NCBI RefSeq assembly: GCF_036321535.1
Contig: NC_087437.1
Span: 16,308,001-16,372,000, forward strand
Length of the DNA stretch: 64,000 nt
Direction: 5' to 3'
Source of the DNA: Camelus dromedarius
Lineage: Eukaryota
A model generated the notes under the pieces. The model saw only the letters and a program-made list of their open reading frames with translations, did not search any database and was not told the origin of the DNA. This document shows positions 37,006 to 50,884 of the stretch, one piece after another. Position 1 is the stretch's first letter. Every line of letters starts with the position of its first letter. Position numbers and translations under genes: made by a program.

Positions 37006-38906
37006 AAAGAACATATGGTCCATCCCCCTAGGAACCCTAGAACCAGAGGGAGGGAGGGACTTGCCCAAAGTCACAGGCCAGTGTGACAGGGCCAGGGTAG
37101 GACACAGCCCTCTGACTCCATCTTTGTACAAAGCTTTAAGTCTTTGTGAAGATGGTTCTCAACTGGCTAAGATAAACAGGCATCTAAAAGATTATTGTTT
37201 CAAGGGGTGGACATGCAGATTCCATCCCAACTTAAATCTGCCCTGCAATTCAGCTACCCCAGTGCCTAGTTACTGCCTGATGATGCATGCACTGCAGCTC
37301 TCCTTTGCTGGCTTGGTAGCGAGAAAGGAAGGCCAGTGGCTCCCAGCCCAGCTCTGAAGCAGTGTCCTGCAGCAGGAGGCTGATGTCCAGGGCCCCTTGG
37401 AGCAGGCAAGGCAGATCATAATTGCTGATTAGGTAAGGAGGTGGGTCAAGAAGGGAGAGGACCATGTCCTTGGCACCAATTCCCAAAATGTAACAGTACA
37501 GACCTCTGCATCTACTGTCTGTCTATCTAGTGTCCCAGAAATGCCATCCAACCATCTAATCACAAGTATATCATGCTCAACCCATCCTAGTCCCTTGGCA
37601 AGGCCCTAAGGGCCCCAACTTAGATCTAGGACCCCAGCCAAATCTTGATGCTGTCTTTCATTTATTTTGGCTTCTGGCAGGGAGCACTGCTAATGGGTAT
37701 AAACCACCCAGCAAGTCAGATTACAGGGGTTTTTATTTCCAGTCCAGATGGGCACCCGTTCTCCAGAAGAGCCCTTGCCAGGCACTGACATAGATGCCCT
37801 GGGGGCCGGGATGAGACCATGACCAGCCTCAGACTTTGCACACACAATATGGAACCCATCGTACCCTGAGTATCCTGGATCTCATTTCTTGCACCTCCCC
37901 CAAACCAGTGTCAGGTTGCCGGGCAACTATGAGAGCCGAGAAAGCCTGAATTCAGTTTTCAAATCTGATGGAGGTGAGAGAGGTGCAAAAAAACCTGTAA
38001 AGAAATTGAATCAAATTAATCTTGCCAGAGACAGCATCCTTCTCCCTTTGAGATTTCCTTCCCATCAGATCTTGAACCAGACTGAACCATTCATTCAATA
38101 ACCTTGTTTACTCTGTATCAGATCCTTTGCTAGGTACAGCATTACATTAGTGCTCAGGACAACAAAAATCTCTACCTTCCCAGAGCTCACAGACCTGCAG
38201 GAAATGTGGACAGAAGTACGAGAGCATATAACTGATCTCAACTCAGGGGTCAGGGAAGGGGCCCTTGAAGAAGTAAGTTTTCAGCTGAGACCAGAAACAT
38301 TAGTAGGAGTGAGCTGGGGGAAAGAATGAGGGTATCTCAGGAAAGGGAACAGCATGACTGAATGCCCTGAGGGGGGCATTATAAAATATTAATGATGATG
38401 ATGATGACGATGATGAAGATGGAGGCTACCATGTATCCAGTGCTTGTTACACGCTGGTGACCTTACGTGGATGGACTCATCTGGTCCTCGTAACAGCCAC
38501 GTGAAGTGACTGCTGCTATCCCTATTTGGGGAGGGTGAACTAAGACTTCGGAGCTGAGTCAAGTTACAGCCTTGTCACAGCCACTGGCTGGTAGGGACTG
38601 GATTTTAATCCAGCCAAGCATAGCTCAGGAGCTCGCACTCTAATGACCAGCATTCAGTCATTCATTTCTTCATTTCTTCATTAACTCATACTGAGCACCT
38701 GGCTAAGAGGTGGGGTTATAAAGAAGACAAAGGTGGCTACTTGCCTCCAAGGAGCTCTCAGTCTTTCTGAGAAGGCACCAGGGCCTGGAACAGGGGCAGG
38801 TTTCAAACTTGGGCTCTGGTACTGCCTCCCATGCCTGGCCGACCCAGCAGCCAGGCCCCCTCCTAGTATCTGCAGGGCCCAGAACAAGAGAATAGATGGA
38901 GGCCCG

Positions 38907-39327
38907 CTGTGTTTGTTTCCTAGGCTCTCATAATCAACTACCATAAAGCTGGTGGCTCAAAACAGCAAGGATCTATTCTCTCATGGTTATGGATCCGGGA
39001 AGTCTGAAATTGAGGTACCGTGTTCCCGCCAAAGGCCTTGGAAGAGGACCCCTCCTTGCCTCTTCCAGCTTGTGGGGGACCCAGGTGTTCTTGGGCTTGG
39101 GGTTGCCTCTGCCTTCACATGGCCTGCTCCCCTGTGTCTCTATGTCTTTGCCTCTCTTATGAGGACACGCGTCATTGGACTTACGGCCCACCTGTTAATC
39201 CAGGATCTCAGGACTCTTCACTTAATTACAGCTGCAAGGACCCTTTTCCCAAATAAGGTCATATTCCCAGGTACCAGGCATTAGGACTTGAATGTATCTT
39301 TTGGTGGCTACAATTCAGCCTACTAAA
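38907..39327 (-). mobile_element. MLT1(A/C-like) MaLR LTR
   Basis: TGTGTTTGTTTCCTAGGCT...GGTGGCTCAAAACAGC...CCAAATAAGGTCATATTC...CAATTCAGCC. Confidence 0.8.
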
Positions 39328-42300
39328 CCCACACATGTCTAGATACTTAAAAGTTATACATAAAGATAAAAAACTGGCAAATGACACATTGCATCTTCTT
39401 ACCTTATATGATGTATTTATACCATCAAGACAGCAAAATTTTAAAAATACGTGCATATGGCTTCATATGATCAAAGATAATATATCAAGGTTGACTCATT
39501 TTAATCATCATTGCTTATGTGTGGATGACCTATTGATGGGCTGATGGTATTTGAGTAATAAATACACACATAATTCATAAATTATTGTATATTTATTCCA
39601 TGAAATTTATTTGCCTTGCCTTCAGTTCAGTAAAATCACTGTGTATGTTCCTATCATCAAAAATTTTATATAATTTGTGTTCAGTTGGCACAAATAAGGA
39701 TGATGCCTCACAGGGCTGTCATGAGAATGAAATGAGTCCAGCCTGCAAAAACTCAAATGTAAACTGCATTCAGAGTGTACACAATTTGAGTAAATTTTCA
39801 TTTAAAATGTACATTGTCTAAAACTTTGTAACATTAAATTTATTTCTCAAATAGTTATAAATATTTTTCCTTTGAAATATTGTTATCTATTAAATTCAAA
39901 AGGTAAAATATAAATTGTAGTTAATGATTGATATCATTAATTTGAAACAATTATTTAAATCAATCCTAATTTTTAATTTGACTTTTGGAAAATTTAATTA
40001 AAGCTTAGTAAATAGTTTATAAAAGTAAGATTATTTGTTTAAGCATTCAGTGCCCATTTAGGTGTTGATGTCAAAAGTCCTTTCCTCCTGATATTACATC
40101 AGGACAGATGTCACATCTAGACCCACGTAGATGCAAATTTGAGAGTAACATGCAATATCTGGTATTGCAAAATATTCCTCACCCACTGTATGTAACTGTT
40201 GTGAAAGCCATATTAATTCTGAGTACCTCCAGAACCACAAATTGAGACATGAAGAGAAGCCCTCTTCCCAATAAAAAGGATGTGTGACATTTCTTGAAAA
40301 TTATACTTTATGATGGCAGAACCTGCTGCATTCAAGTTGCCTAAGAGGAAGGAGTTGACTTGCTAATTTGTCTTTTCTCTTAGCTAAGTGCTTCCACTGC
40401 TCCAGTTCTCCCTATTCTTTCTCTCAGGACAACAGTCCAACACCCATTTACCTGAAGGAGTTGATTTGTTTCAAAGACGTACAGCAAGAGACATGGAGAA
40501 GCATTTCCCTGGGGCCTAAACAGTGTTAGTCCTGAGAGCAAATGTTCAGGGTCATAGGTTGTGATGCAGCAGTAATGACAGCTGTATCTCAAGTGACAGA
40601 GGTGCCCCTATGCTCTTACATAGATTCTACTCTGTGTGTATGTGATGAATTGTAAGGATTGGGACAGGAACTTCCATTGCTCAGGGCAAGTTCTAGAAAA
40701 CAACTCCCAGAACTCTGTTTTTACCTCCTGAGCTTAAACCCCACCTGACCTCCCAAAGAAGGCCCTGCATCCTCTCCTCTGGCCTCTGGAGAGAGAAGGC
40801 CAACCTTGAATACAGCAGCCTTGGAGCTGTAGTTTAGAATCCCTCCCCTTGACCTCTCTGCCCCAACTACCTCCTCACCTACCTTCCCCATCACCTGCTG
40901 GTCTCTCTGAGGCCACCTGTGTTTTTTTCTAGAATCAGCTGACCTGTGTGTTCCTATATTTTCCTGACACTCTGTTGTCTGGGGACCCCAGATCTCATGC
41001 CACACACCAGTCTGTGGCTGTACCCCACTCTCCTTGCTGGGCCCTGTCGGCAGACAGCCCAGCTCTGCCTGTCTTTAAGAGTGTCACCTAAGCTGTATCT
41101 CTGGACCACCTCTTTGCTCTCACAACCTCCACATGGCCTGCTTTTCGCCCTAATGGGTTAGTGGGGGCTCCAGACTGGCTTCACCAGCTAAGAGCAGCCA
41201 TCACAGAAAATGCCAGAGAGACCCACGCCTCCCACTCCAAACTGGGCACAGTGCCTTATTAAAAATAAAAGGTGCAAATGGTAAGTCTAGTCTGCACACA
41301 TGGATTTTTTTGGTTGCATTCTTGGCTAGCAGTCTTTAAATTTTGTTTCTGAATGCCTTTAAACAGAACTTGCATACTTCTCCCAATTTTCTTAGACCTC
41401 GCCAGTTCACACATTTACATTACCAGTCTAGTCCTGTATGGAAACAATTAAAAACATTGTTTTTAGAGCTAGATAGAAATGGACTTGATCTTGTCTGCTT
41501 CTTCCCAGCTGTGTATTCTTAAACAAGTTATGCATCCTTTCAAAGCTTAGTTTTCTCATCTTTCAAAGGGGATAACAAAACATACCTGGCACATTTGTGA
41601 TGAAGGCCAAAAGAAAGTGTGTTTAGCAGAACGTCTGCACACATTGGGAGCTCAGGGTTGTTCCTTCTTTATAATCTGACCCTGATGGGACCCCTTCCTT
41701 CCTCCTTTTGGATGAAGCAATCAAGGACTCAGGGGACAGCCTGCAACCAGGAACCTAAGTCAACTAAATCCAATAAATGACTTCTTCTATTATGTAGAAA
41801 TCATGGGTGCTTGTAGGGACTAATTGGCTGTCTTTTCTACTTTTCTTTACAGTGTTTAAGTAGTTCCTTAACACAATTTTATTTTGGAGCTTTCTAATTA
41901 TATTACTCCGGGCACCTATTGTCAATGAGCTTGCCAGTGGAAAAAAAAATGGAGAGTTATTTATGCATTCTTATATTCCACAAGCATTTATGCGATAGCT
42001 GTGATGATCTCAGCACCGCAGAGCACGCCAAAGTCTAAGACGCATGCCCTGCCCTTGAGGAAGCTAAAGACTCACAGTAAGAAATAATAAATATGTGGGA
42101 AATGATCAAATCAAAACTGTGTGAATCAGATGGTGAGTACTTAAAAGGAATGATGTGGGAGAATGTAATAATAATAATAATAATATATCTACAGTTATTT
42201 TAAAACTATTTGTATATACATATAAAGACATAAAGCAGATGGAGAAATATACCCTGGACCAAGGAGATAGTGTAACAAAGACTTGGTGAGTAAACTGAGC

Positions 42301-43070
42301 CAGTAAGGAAACTGGTGCCGTTGGAACAGAAGCCCCACGTAAAGGAGTGGCCGTAACAATCACTGTAACGCCCCAAGTGTTTTTCTTGCCCCTGGTCTTT
42401 TGCCTGCGTAAGCCAATCTGTCATACTCTAGCCTGACAAAATATCCTAAATGCTGTGTGAAAATTAATCACTGTCTCACACAAAAGCTTCCAGTGGCTCT
42501 TCACTGCCTGCTGAATCCCACTGGTCATGGAATCCAACCTGCCTGACCCCCTGTGGTATCCTTGTAGATCAGAGAGCTTCTCCAAGATTGGACTGAAGTG
42601 AAGTTGGGTAAAGGAAGGTAGCAAACTGGGTTTGAATCCCAGCTCAGCCATCAGCTAACTATAGAGACCCTTTGAGGAACAGAGTTCAGCTTCTTTGTAC
42701 CTCAAATCCATGCTTCATAGGGTTCTGAAGGGAATTACAATATTTAAATATGATGGAAAGGCTTAGAATGCTGCTTAGTGCATAGTAAATGCTCAATAAA
42801 TGTTGGTTATTAGTAGAGGAATAAAAATGTTGATTATTGGAGCAAGTGCATCTGGAGGGAGATCCCCACTCCCAACCCTTAAAGCTGAGTTGACAGCTCA
42901 GTGAAGATGTAGAAGATACACTTCTCTCATCCGTGGATAGTATAAATTGGAGAGGGGTAGAAAATACATTGGATGACAGAATCATGTTCCAAAACTATGT
43001 TACGAAGCAATTGAAAGGGACAGATAAAACAAGCTGTACAGAATAGGAAGAGGCTCAGCCCAATGTTTGA

Positions 43071-43235
43071 TGTGCTGGTAAACCAACTCTCTGGAAGAAG
43101 AAAAGCTTTTTCTGACGTGTAGCTTTTACTCATTTCCATGGTATAAATATACCTACCACGCCAATGTCAAGCTACCAATGTGATGTCACTGAACTTAGAA
43201 TTGGGAAGAGATGCTAGCACTGGCTTTTACGAAAA
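43071..43235. mobile_element. MER63-like hAT relic
   Basis: TGTGCTGGTAAA...TTTCCATGGTATAAATA...CAAGCTACCAATGTGATGTCACTGAAC...TTGGGAAGAGATGC. Confidence 0.65.
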
Positions 43236-43656
43236 CTGAAAACAGAAAGCTCTAAACCAGAGTTATTAAAAGACAAAACAGTATGAGGCAAGATGTTGGC
43301 CTAGTGCCTTACCGTGAAGGGTTTTCATTGACAAGGGGCTGAATTCAGTGTGTGAGAGAAGCAGGGTAATGAAGTGGCTTAAGGGCTTGGGCTCTGTAGT
43401 CAGATAGCCGTGGATTCAAATCCCTGCTTCCCAGTTGCGTGATCCTTTGTAAGTCACTAAACCCTTTTAATCCTAGTTTCTTCATCTGTAAAGTGGCGAT
43501 GAATGATGATGGTAATATGTCAATTTCATAAGTTTATGCACAGAGTTGGTTACATAAGAAATATCCTGTTATGAAAGAGCTTAGCATTAAGGAAATGAAA
43601 AGCAGACAAAAGTGGGGAAAGTGGACAAAACATGTATGTAAATGAACTTTATCTCT

Positions 43657-44120
43657 TAACAAATCACTGAACTTTTATTGGCTTAAAACAAGAGCCACCT
43701 ATTTGCTCACAGTTGGCAATCTGGGCTGAGCTCAGAGGGAAGTAGAGGGCGCTCCTCCTCCTCACGGTGTTAGCTGGGCTCCTGTTCATGTTCGCACTCA
43801 GCTCTTGGTCCCTGGCCCCACTCATGTTTGACAGCTGGAGGGACGAATGGAGGTCACTGGGCAGTGAGTCTCCCACCATCCAGTCGGCTCATCTGGGCTC
43901 ATTCACATGGTGGTGCTCTCAGAATTCCCAAGAGCAGCAAGAAAAAGCAAGCACCAATGCACAAGCACTTTTCAAGTCTCTTGGGTCTCAAGCCTCCTGC
44001 TTTCTTGTTGCATTGGCCAAAGCAAGTCATATGTCTAAGCCCGGAGCCAATCCGATGGGAACTACCCAATGGTGCGGATCCAGGGCAGGAAATTATCCTG
44101 GTTATTTTTACAATCTACCT
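43657..44120 (-). mobile_element. MLT1-type MaLR LTR
   Basis: GGCTTAAAACAA...TTTGCTCACAG...CATTGGCCAAAGCAAGTCATATG. Confidence 0.7.
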
Positions 44121-44139
44121 CAAATAAGAACAGGCACTT

Positions 44140-44750
44140 AATAAACAAGAAAACCTGAATGGCAGATCAATGCATGAGAAGATGCCCAGTGTCACTAGAA
44201 ATGAGGAAAATGCAAATGAAAATGAGATATCATTTCATATCTATCAGGCTGAACATGTTAAAAGTCTGACAACACTAAGGGATGATGTGAAAATGGAGAA
44301 ATGGGAAATCTCACACCCAGCTGCTGGGGAGGAGACAAATGACATACTCATAGAATTCAGCAATTAAAATGAATAAATCAAGTTTCTGTGAATCAATATT
44401 GAACACACAATTCTGAGTTATAGAATCAACAGACAATAAGATTTGATACATTGTATATGACATTTTACTTTTACGGATGTATACACAGATAATCAAATAA
44501 AAAACACAGATGAGATGCACACACACCAACTTCAGAATAATATTTATCTCTTGGTTAAAGACATGAAGAGCAAAGAATGAAAAATAAAGGAGGCTTCCAT
44601 TGTATTGGTGTATTTTACTTCTCAAAAAGTGAAGTAATTCTGACAAAATAGAATATTTGTTCAATTCAAGAGCTAGGTCCATGAGCGTTTGCTGTGTTTG
44701 AAATATGTGAAATGTTGTCCATTTAAAATATTTCATAATTAAAGCAACAT
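44140..44750 (+). mobile_element. Ancient L1ME-type 3' fragment
   Basis: GAAAATGCAAATGAAAATGAGATATCATTT...AAAAGTCTGACAACACTAAG...GGAGAAATGGGAAATCTCA. Confidence 0.65.
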
Positions 44751-46079
44751 TTAAAGAAAGAATAATATCTCCTTTAAATTAAGGAGAAAAGTTTGGAGGA
44801 ACCAGATTAAGTTACATAACTGCTTAATTTGGCTGCCAAAAAATGTAATTTTCGGTCACATTCATGGAAGTATAGAATATACTTCCTGCTCTGCATGCAG
44901 TGGTCAGACCGTGCCTGAGCACACTTCGAAAGGATGCATGCAAACGTGAGCGTGGCCATTCATGCAGTCAGCCACACAGCCGGAGCCCATACCTGGCCAT
45001 CACTGTAGCAGGCACTGAGAATGCCACCAAGGACAGAAACCTGAATCCTTGCTCTCAGAAGTTCAGCTTTTGTCCCCGTCAATGCACACAATAGCCTTAA
45101 GAGTACATGGGATATGGGGTGGAGGAAGAGGGGAGTTGATTGCACGGTGATTGGTGAAAAACTATACCCAAGCCAAGTTATGTGTGGAGTGATGTGATGA
45201 CAAGGCTGCCTCCCAACTCTCTCTGCCACACTGGCTCTGAGTCTACAGGGAACCCTAAGGCTTTAGATGGAATAGCTCTGAGTACCTTCCTGTGCAAACA
45301 CACTCAGCACAGATGAGGAGAAACTAGCCTGTGTGCCTTCCCCGAAGCCCAGTCTTAGCACCCCCATGAGAACTTCACCCCCAAGCAGAACGGAAGATGA
45401 GAGCCCTCCGCTCCATCCATCAGCTCCGAGGCCTTTATCCCCTCAAGGCTGAACTGCAGAAACAGTTATTTTTGCTGTACTGTCTTTTTATTTCAATCTC
45501 CTGTTTCCTATTCTGTAATTATTGCCAAGAAATATTCACAGAAAACCTGCTAGATTTCTGACATTCTGTCATGTGGGAGAGAGATGAGTTCTTCCTGTGC
45601 ACTGCCCAGAGACTGAAGGATGGGGACAGTGCAGGGAAAGGGGTTTCTGGCCCCCATAGGGAAGAACTCTAAGGTTGCTGGACTCAGAGCAGCAGTGGGC
45701 TGGCTCCTGGGGGTTCCTCAGAGACTACACAAGAACACCAAAAAGCAAGTGGCTGGTTGGCCTTACAAATTCTATAAAATGCCTTTGTTGTTTTTATGAT
45801 CCCAGAATAATAACTGTAAAACACTTTAAAATTATAGAAATGCTTAAGAATACAGTGTAGCCCCATAATCTCATCTTTCAGAGAAAACCACTACTATTAA
45901 CACTTTGATATGTATCTTTTCAGGTATTTTTGATGGATATTCAAACTTTTAGATATGAAAGGGGGATTATGCTATATGTAGATTGCTTTACAATTTTTTT
46001 CCTTCTCAGTCTCCCCATTAGGTTATATCTTGGAAGATTTTTCCATGTCTAAATGTGCATGACTAGTTCAGTGGTTTAC

Positions 46080-47180
46080 ATCATTCATTTATTCACAAAT
46101 ACACATTGAATGTGAACACTGAATTAATGTCAGGCACTGCTATAGGCACTTGTGAACACAATGATAACAAAACAAAGGTTTTGCCTTCCTGAGATTTTAC
46201 ATCCTAGTAGAGAGAAAAAATATACAAACCAACAAATAAAATGTCCAAGAGATCTGTGCAATACAGAAGAACAAAGCAGGTTAAGAGAACACTGTTCAAC
46301 AAAGAACACTGTTTTAGTTTAGTCATGGAAGACTTTTCCAAGGGGTGCTGTATCAGTTATCTATAGCTGTGTAACAAATTTTCCCAAAACATAGTAATTT
46401 AAACAATAGTTACTAACTTGTAGTTTCCATAGGCCAGGAATCTAGATGTCTGCTTCAGAATCTCTCACAGGCTACGGTCAAGGTATCAGCCAGGTTTGTA
46501 GTCATCTGAAGGCTTAACTGGGGAAGGATGCACTTCCAAACGCACATGATTGTTGGAAAGACTTAGTTTCTCATAAGCTGTTCTCTAAGGGCCTCAGTTC
46601 CTCATTGGCTGTTTGCCAGAAAGTTCTTTTAGTTCCTTGTCACGTGGGCCTCTGTGTAGGACAACTCACAACAAAATCACAGCAAGCTCCACCACAGCAA
46701 GCAAGAGAGAAGAGCCAGAGAAAGAGAGAGAGAGAACAAGCCAGCAAGATGGAAATCACAGTATTTTATAATCACATCTCAGAAGTGACGTCCCCCCATC
46801 TTTCTTATACTCTATTCATTATAACAAGTCACTAGGTCCAGACCACACTCAAAGGGAGGGGATCACACAGAGTGTAGACACCAGGACCATTGAGGGCCGT
46901 TCTAGAAACTGTCTACCATGGGCTGATATTTTAACAGAGGCAGAAATGAAGTGAAGAAGTGAGTCATGTGAATATTTGGGGAAAGAACCTTCCAAGAAGA
47001 ACAGCAAAGCCCCAAGGGTGGAACTGCTTTGGTCTGAATGAGGACCAGCCAGGAGCCCTGAGTGGCTGGGGCAGGAGAGGGAAAGAGTTGTGGGAAAGGC
47101 GCTGGAAGAGGGAAGGCAGTAACAGAATCAGACAGGCCTTGTGGGCCATGGAAGGACTTAGGGGGTTATTTTTGGAGTGG
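46080..47180 (-). mobile_element. L2 3' part with nested MLT1 LTR (46349-46919)
   Basis: TCATTCATTTATTCACAAATA...CAGGCACTG (L2 tail); MLT1 starts TGTATCAGTTATCTATAGCTGTGTAACAAAT and ends TGTCTACCA. Confidence 0.75.
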
Positions 47181-47276
47181 TAAGAACCCATAGTCCTCCC
47201 CTAGTTTGCATTATCATAGTTTCAGTGATGCAGATCATTTCTAATTTTCTGTTTCTAAAAATGTCACACCCTGATA

Positions 47277-47312
47277 TGTGTGTGTGTGTGAGTGTGTGTG
47301 TGTGTGTGTGTG
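47277..47312 (+). repeat. (TG)n microsatellite
   Basis: Interrupted TG run. Confidence 0.9.
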
Positions 47313-48332
47313 CAGGAATGTGTTTGTGCAGGCATTTATATAGGATACAGACTCCTATATAGATATATTTGTATGTATGTATGTATCCTAAGGGGCTTTT
47401 CTGGGTCGATAGGTAGGTGCATTTTAAAATATAGATAAAATATAGATAACACACATATAGCCAGACCACACTCAAAACAGCTTTTCCAATTGATCCTCCC
47501 ATCGATATTGTGCAAAAGAAGAGCCCTGGCCAACACTAAGTAATATTAAGCCTTTGCATCTTTGTTAATCTGATGTAGAAAATGTGGCATTTCATTCTGA
47601 TTTGTCTTTGTTTCCTCACTACAGAGGATGAGGAGTTTTGCATCTGTTAGAAGGATGAAACTGTTTGCATCCTTCTGTTTCTTCCTCTTCAGGGCCTGAT
47701 CAGGTCTAAGGGTCCTCTAATCTGACCTGCTCCAGTGGCAGCTGACCCTGTAACCCTGGGAGCTGTCCAGCTGTCTGGCACTGCTTCTCTTGGCTCCCTG
47801 TGGTCCCAGGACCCGCTAGGGCCTTTTTTACTGCCTTTACCTGAACTTGCCCCATGTGCACCTCTCTCCACTTGTGTCCCAGGCATGTCCTCAGTGACCA
47901 GCATCCAGCTGCCTCCACCACACTCTCTACCGGAGCTCAGAGGTACTCGGAGCCCCTCTCCCAGGCACCAGGTGGCCAATGGAGTAACAGTTAGGAACGT
48001 GTCCACCAAGTTCTTAGCCAGCTCCAACTCCTACAACTAACCCTCTGAACTTGAGCCAAGAGTCTCCACTTCTTTCCCTAAAATGAGTTCAGAAATAATA
48101 GTCACTGCTTGGATAGGCTGGTATGAGGATGAAATAAACTATCATTCAAAAATAATATTAAGAATCATACCAGACACTTAGTAAGTGGTCAGTATCACCT
48201 GTCACCATCACCCTAACCTGCCATGCAAGCATCTGAATCTCTGCAGAGCAGAGACAGTATCTTACTCATTTGTCTGTTCCAGCAACACCTCATGCAGTGG
48301 CCTGCACGATACAGCATTCAATAATTATTTGT

Positions 48333-49060
48333 GCACTGTTGGTGGGAATGCAAATTGGTGCAGCCACTATGGAGGACAGTATGGAGGTTCCTTAGAAAAC
48401 TAAACATAGAGCTACTATATGATCCAGCAATCCCATTCTTGGGCATATATCTGGAGAAAACTAATTTGTAAAGATATATGCACCTCAATGTTCATAGCAG
48501 CACTATTTACAATAGCCAAGACATAGAAACAACCTAAAGGTCCATCAACAGATGACCAGATAAAGAAGATGTAGTATATTTGACAATAGAATACTACTCA
48601 GCCATAAAAAGAATGAAATAATACCTTTTACAGCAACATGGATGGAAGTAGAGATTATCATATTAAGTAAATAAGTCAGACAGAGAAAGACAAATATATG
48701 ATATCACTTACATGTGGAATCTAAAAAAAAGATACAAATTCTATTTACAAATCAAAAACAGACTCAAGGAACTAGAAAACAAACTATGGTTACCAGAGGG
48801 GAAAGGGTGGGGAGGGATAAATTAGGGGATAAGGATTAATAGACACATGTTACTATATATAAAATAGATAAACAGCAAGGACCTTCTGTATAGCACAGGG
48901 GACTATATTCAATTTCTTGTAATAACATATAATGGAAAAGAATCTGAAAGTAAAAAATATATATGTATGTATATGTATAACTGAATCACTTTGCTGTACA
49001 CTTGAAACTAACATTGTAAATCAACTACACTTCAATAAAAATTTTTTAAAAAGAAAAAAA
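48333..49060 (+). mobile_element. 5'-truncated L1 (ORF2 end + 3' UTR)
   Basis: CACTGTTGGTGGGAATGCAAATTGGTGCAGCCACTATGG...CTACACTTCAATAAAA and A tail. Confidence 0.92.
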
Positions 49061-49533
49061 TTGTGTGATTTTTTTTTATGTGTCAAATAAAGAAATTCAC
49101 ACCTGAATGAATGAATAAATTGCATGTGTAGTCTTAATATGGAGGGACTTAAGTGCCAACGGTTACATTGTGTACAATTGGGAATCCTTGCAGGATTTTG
49201 TGAAGATTAAATAGCATAAAGTCATGTTTTAAGAAGGAGTTTAAGGAATAAGTACATTTGCAAATAAGATTTTTTTTTTGAAACCTGCAGATTTCCCCAG
49301 TCCCCACGAAGGCAAGAGGCCAATACACACTTGGAAGTGTGTTTTCAGCTGTCTGCTCCTCAGACCACTCATGCAAAGGAGCAGCGGCCCTCCCTCCATT
49401 TCTCTAGCCCACCCTGACCCCGAGTAGGCTGTTTCCAGACAGACTCCCCAAACTAGAGAAGAGCACATGAATGTGTTCCCGTTTTTGCCTGTGGTGCTTT
49501 CTCCAACGTGGACAGTGGTTTAAAACAGGGGCA

Positions 49534-50107
49534 AGTACTGAGTACGGTCCCCTGTGCTGTACAGCAGAAGCTTGTACTTTATCTATTTTATATACAGTAA
49601 TGAGACTCTGCAAATCTTGGACTCTCAATTTATTCCTTCCTACCCCACTTTCCCCCTGGTAACCATAAGTTTATTTTCTATGTCTGTGAATCTGTTTCTG
49701 TTTTGTAAATAAGTTCATTTGTGTCTCTTTTTTTTAGATTCCACATATGATTGATATTATATGATATTATTCTTTCTCTGTCTAACTTATTTCACTTAGA
49801 ATGACAATCACCAGGTCCATTCATGTTGCTGCAAATGGCATTATTTTACTCTTTTTATGACTGAGTAGTATTCCGTTGTATAAATATACCACAACCTCTT
49901 TATCCAGATATCTGTAGATGGACATTTATGCTGTTTCCATGTCTTGGCTATATTCAATATCTTGTAGTGACCTGTAATGCTAAACAATATGAAAACGAAG
50001 ATATGTATGCATATGTAAGACTGAATCACTATGCTGTACACCAGAAATTGACACAACACTGTAAATCAACTATACTTCAATAATAAAAAAATAAATTAAA
50101 AAATTAA
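49534..50107 (+). mobile_element. Twin-primed L1 (inverted 49534-49950, sense 49948-50107)
   Basis: TSD AAAACAG(G/A)GGCA at 49522-49533 and 50108-50119; CTAT microhomology at the inversion junction. Confidence 0.85.
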
Positions 50108-50884
50108 AAAACAGAGGCAGACAACTAGAGCCCACAGGCCTCATCCAGCTCACAGGTCTATTTTGTTCCACACACACAGTATTTTCTAAAAGGTGAATTT
50201 AAACTCAAGAGATTTAAATTTGAAAAATACACATATCTGGCCTCTCTTGCAAAATCTAAGGTCTAGCCACCCGGGCAGCACTCCCCTGTGGTAGCAGCAT
50301 CTGTCTGGAGGCCTGTAGCAGCACAGACCCCTTCAGGTGGGCGGGTGCCTTGTTTCCAGGTCCCCATGGTCCCCACCTGCTTGTCTCGCTGTTTACATTG
50401 AATGGGACACTGAGCCACCTGGGTCATCAACCCCTCCTTTGAAACCATCATCCCAAATGGACATTGGCCTCACTCTTCACCAATGAGGATTTCAGCCCCA
50501 AATAACCCCTCAAAGGCACAGAGCAGCCATCCCTTAATCCCCGATATGTTTTTTGAGATAGAAGCCCTTATAATCAAATGCACCTGGGCATCGCCTACAA
50601 TTCTAACCTCTGGATACCCAGTACTCCTTTGACCACTAACTTTTTGCAAGGAGCCCCTACATACACATCCAGGGAGAACATTTAGGGGAACACAGCTTTG
50701 GAAGGTTCAGAGACCCTCAGCACCTAGAGCAAACCCTGCATTCACAGAAGAAATCTCTTTGGAATTGGAGTAGCCCTGCTGACTTCCAACCCCCTATTAG
50801 GAGAGATGACACATGGCTGAAACGAGCCATCTTCCAGATAGGTCAATGTAGATGGAGCTGGGGAGAAGGGGGACCCATTGTCTT

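Noticed and set aside
39340..40040. Very AT-rich block, possibly a DNA-transposon relic
   Set aside because: I could not find terminal repeats or transposase motifs, so it is left unassigned.
42009..42029. REST/RE1-like site CTCAGCACCGCAGAGCACGCC
   Set aside because: Only the left half matches; the GGACAG half is broken and it lies in a degenerate L2.
47965..47977. CTCF-like cores (also 3085-3097 and 15168-15181)
   Set aside because: Each has mismatches at informative positions; such matches are expected by chance in 64 kb.
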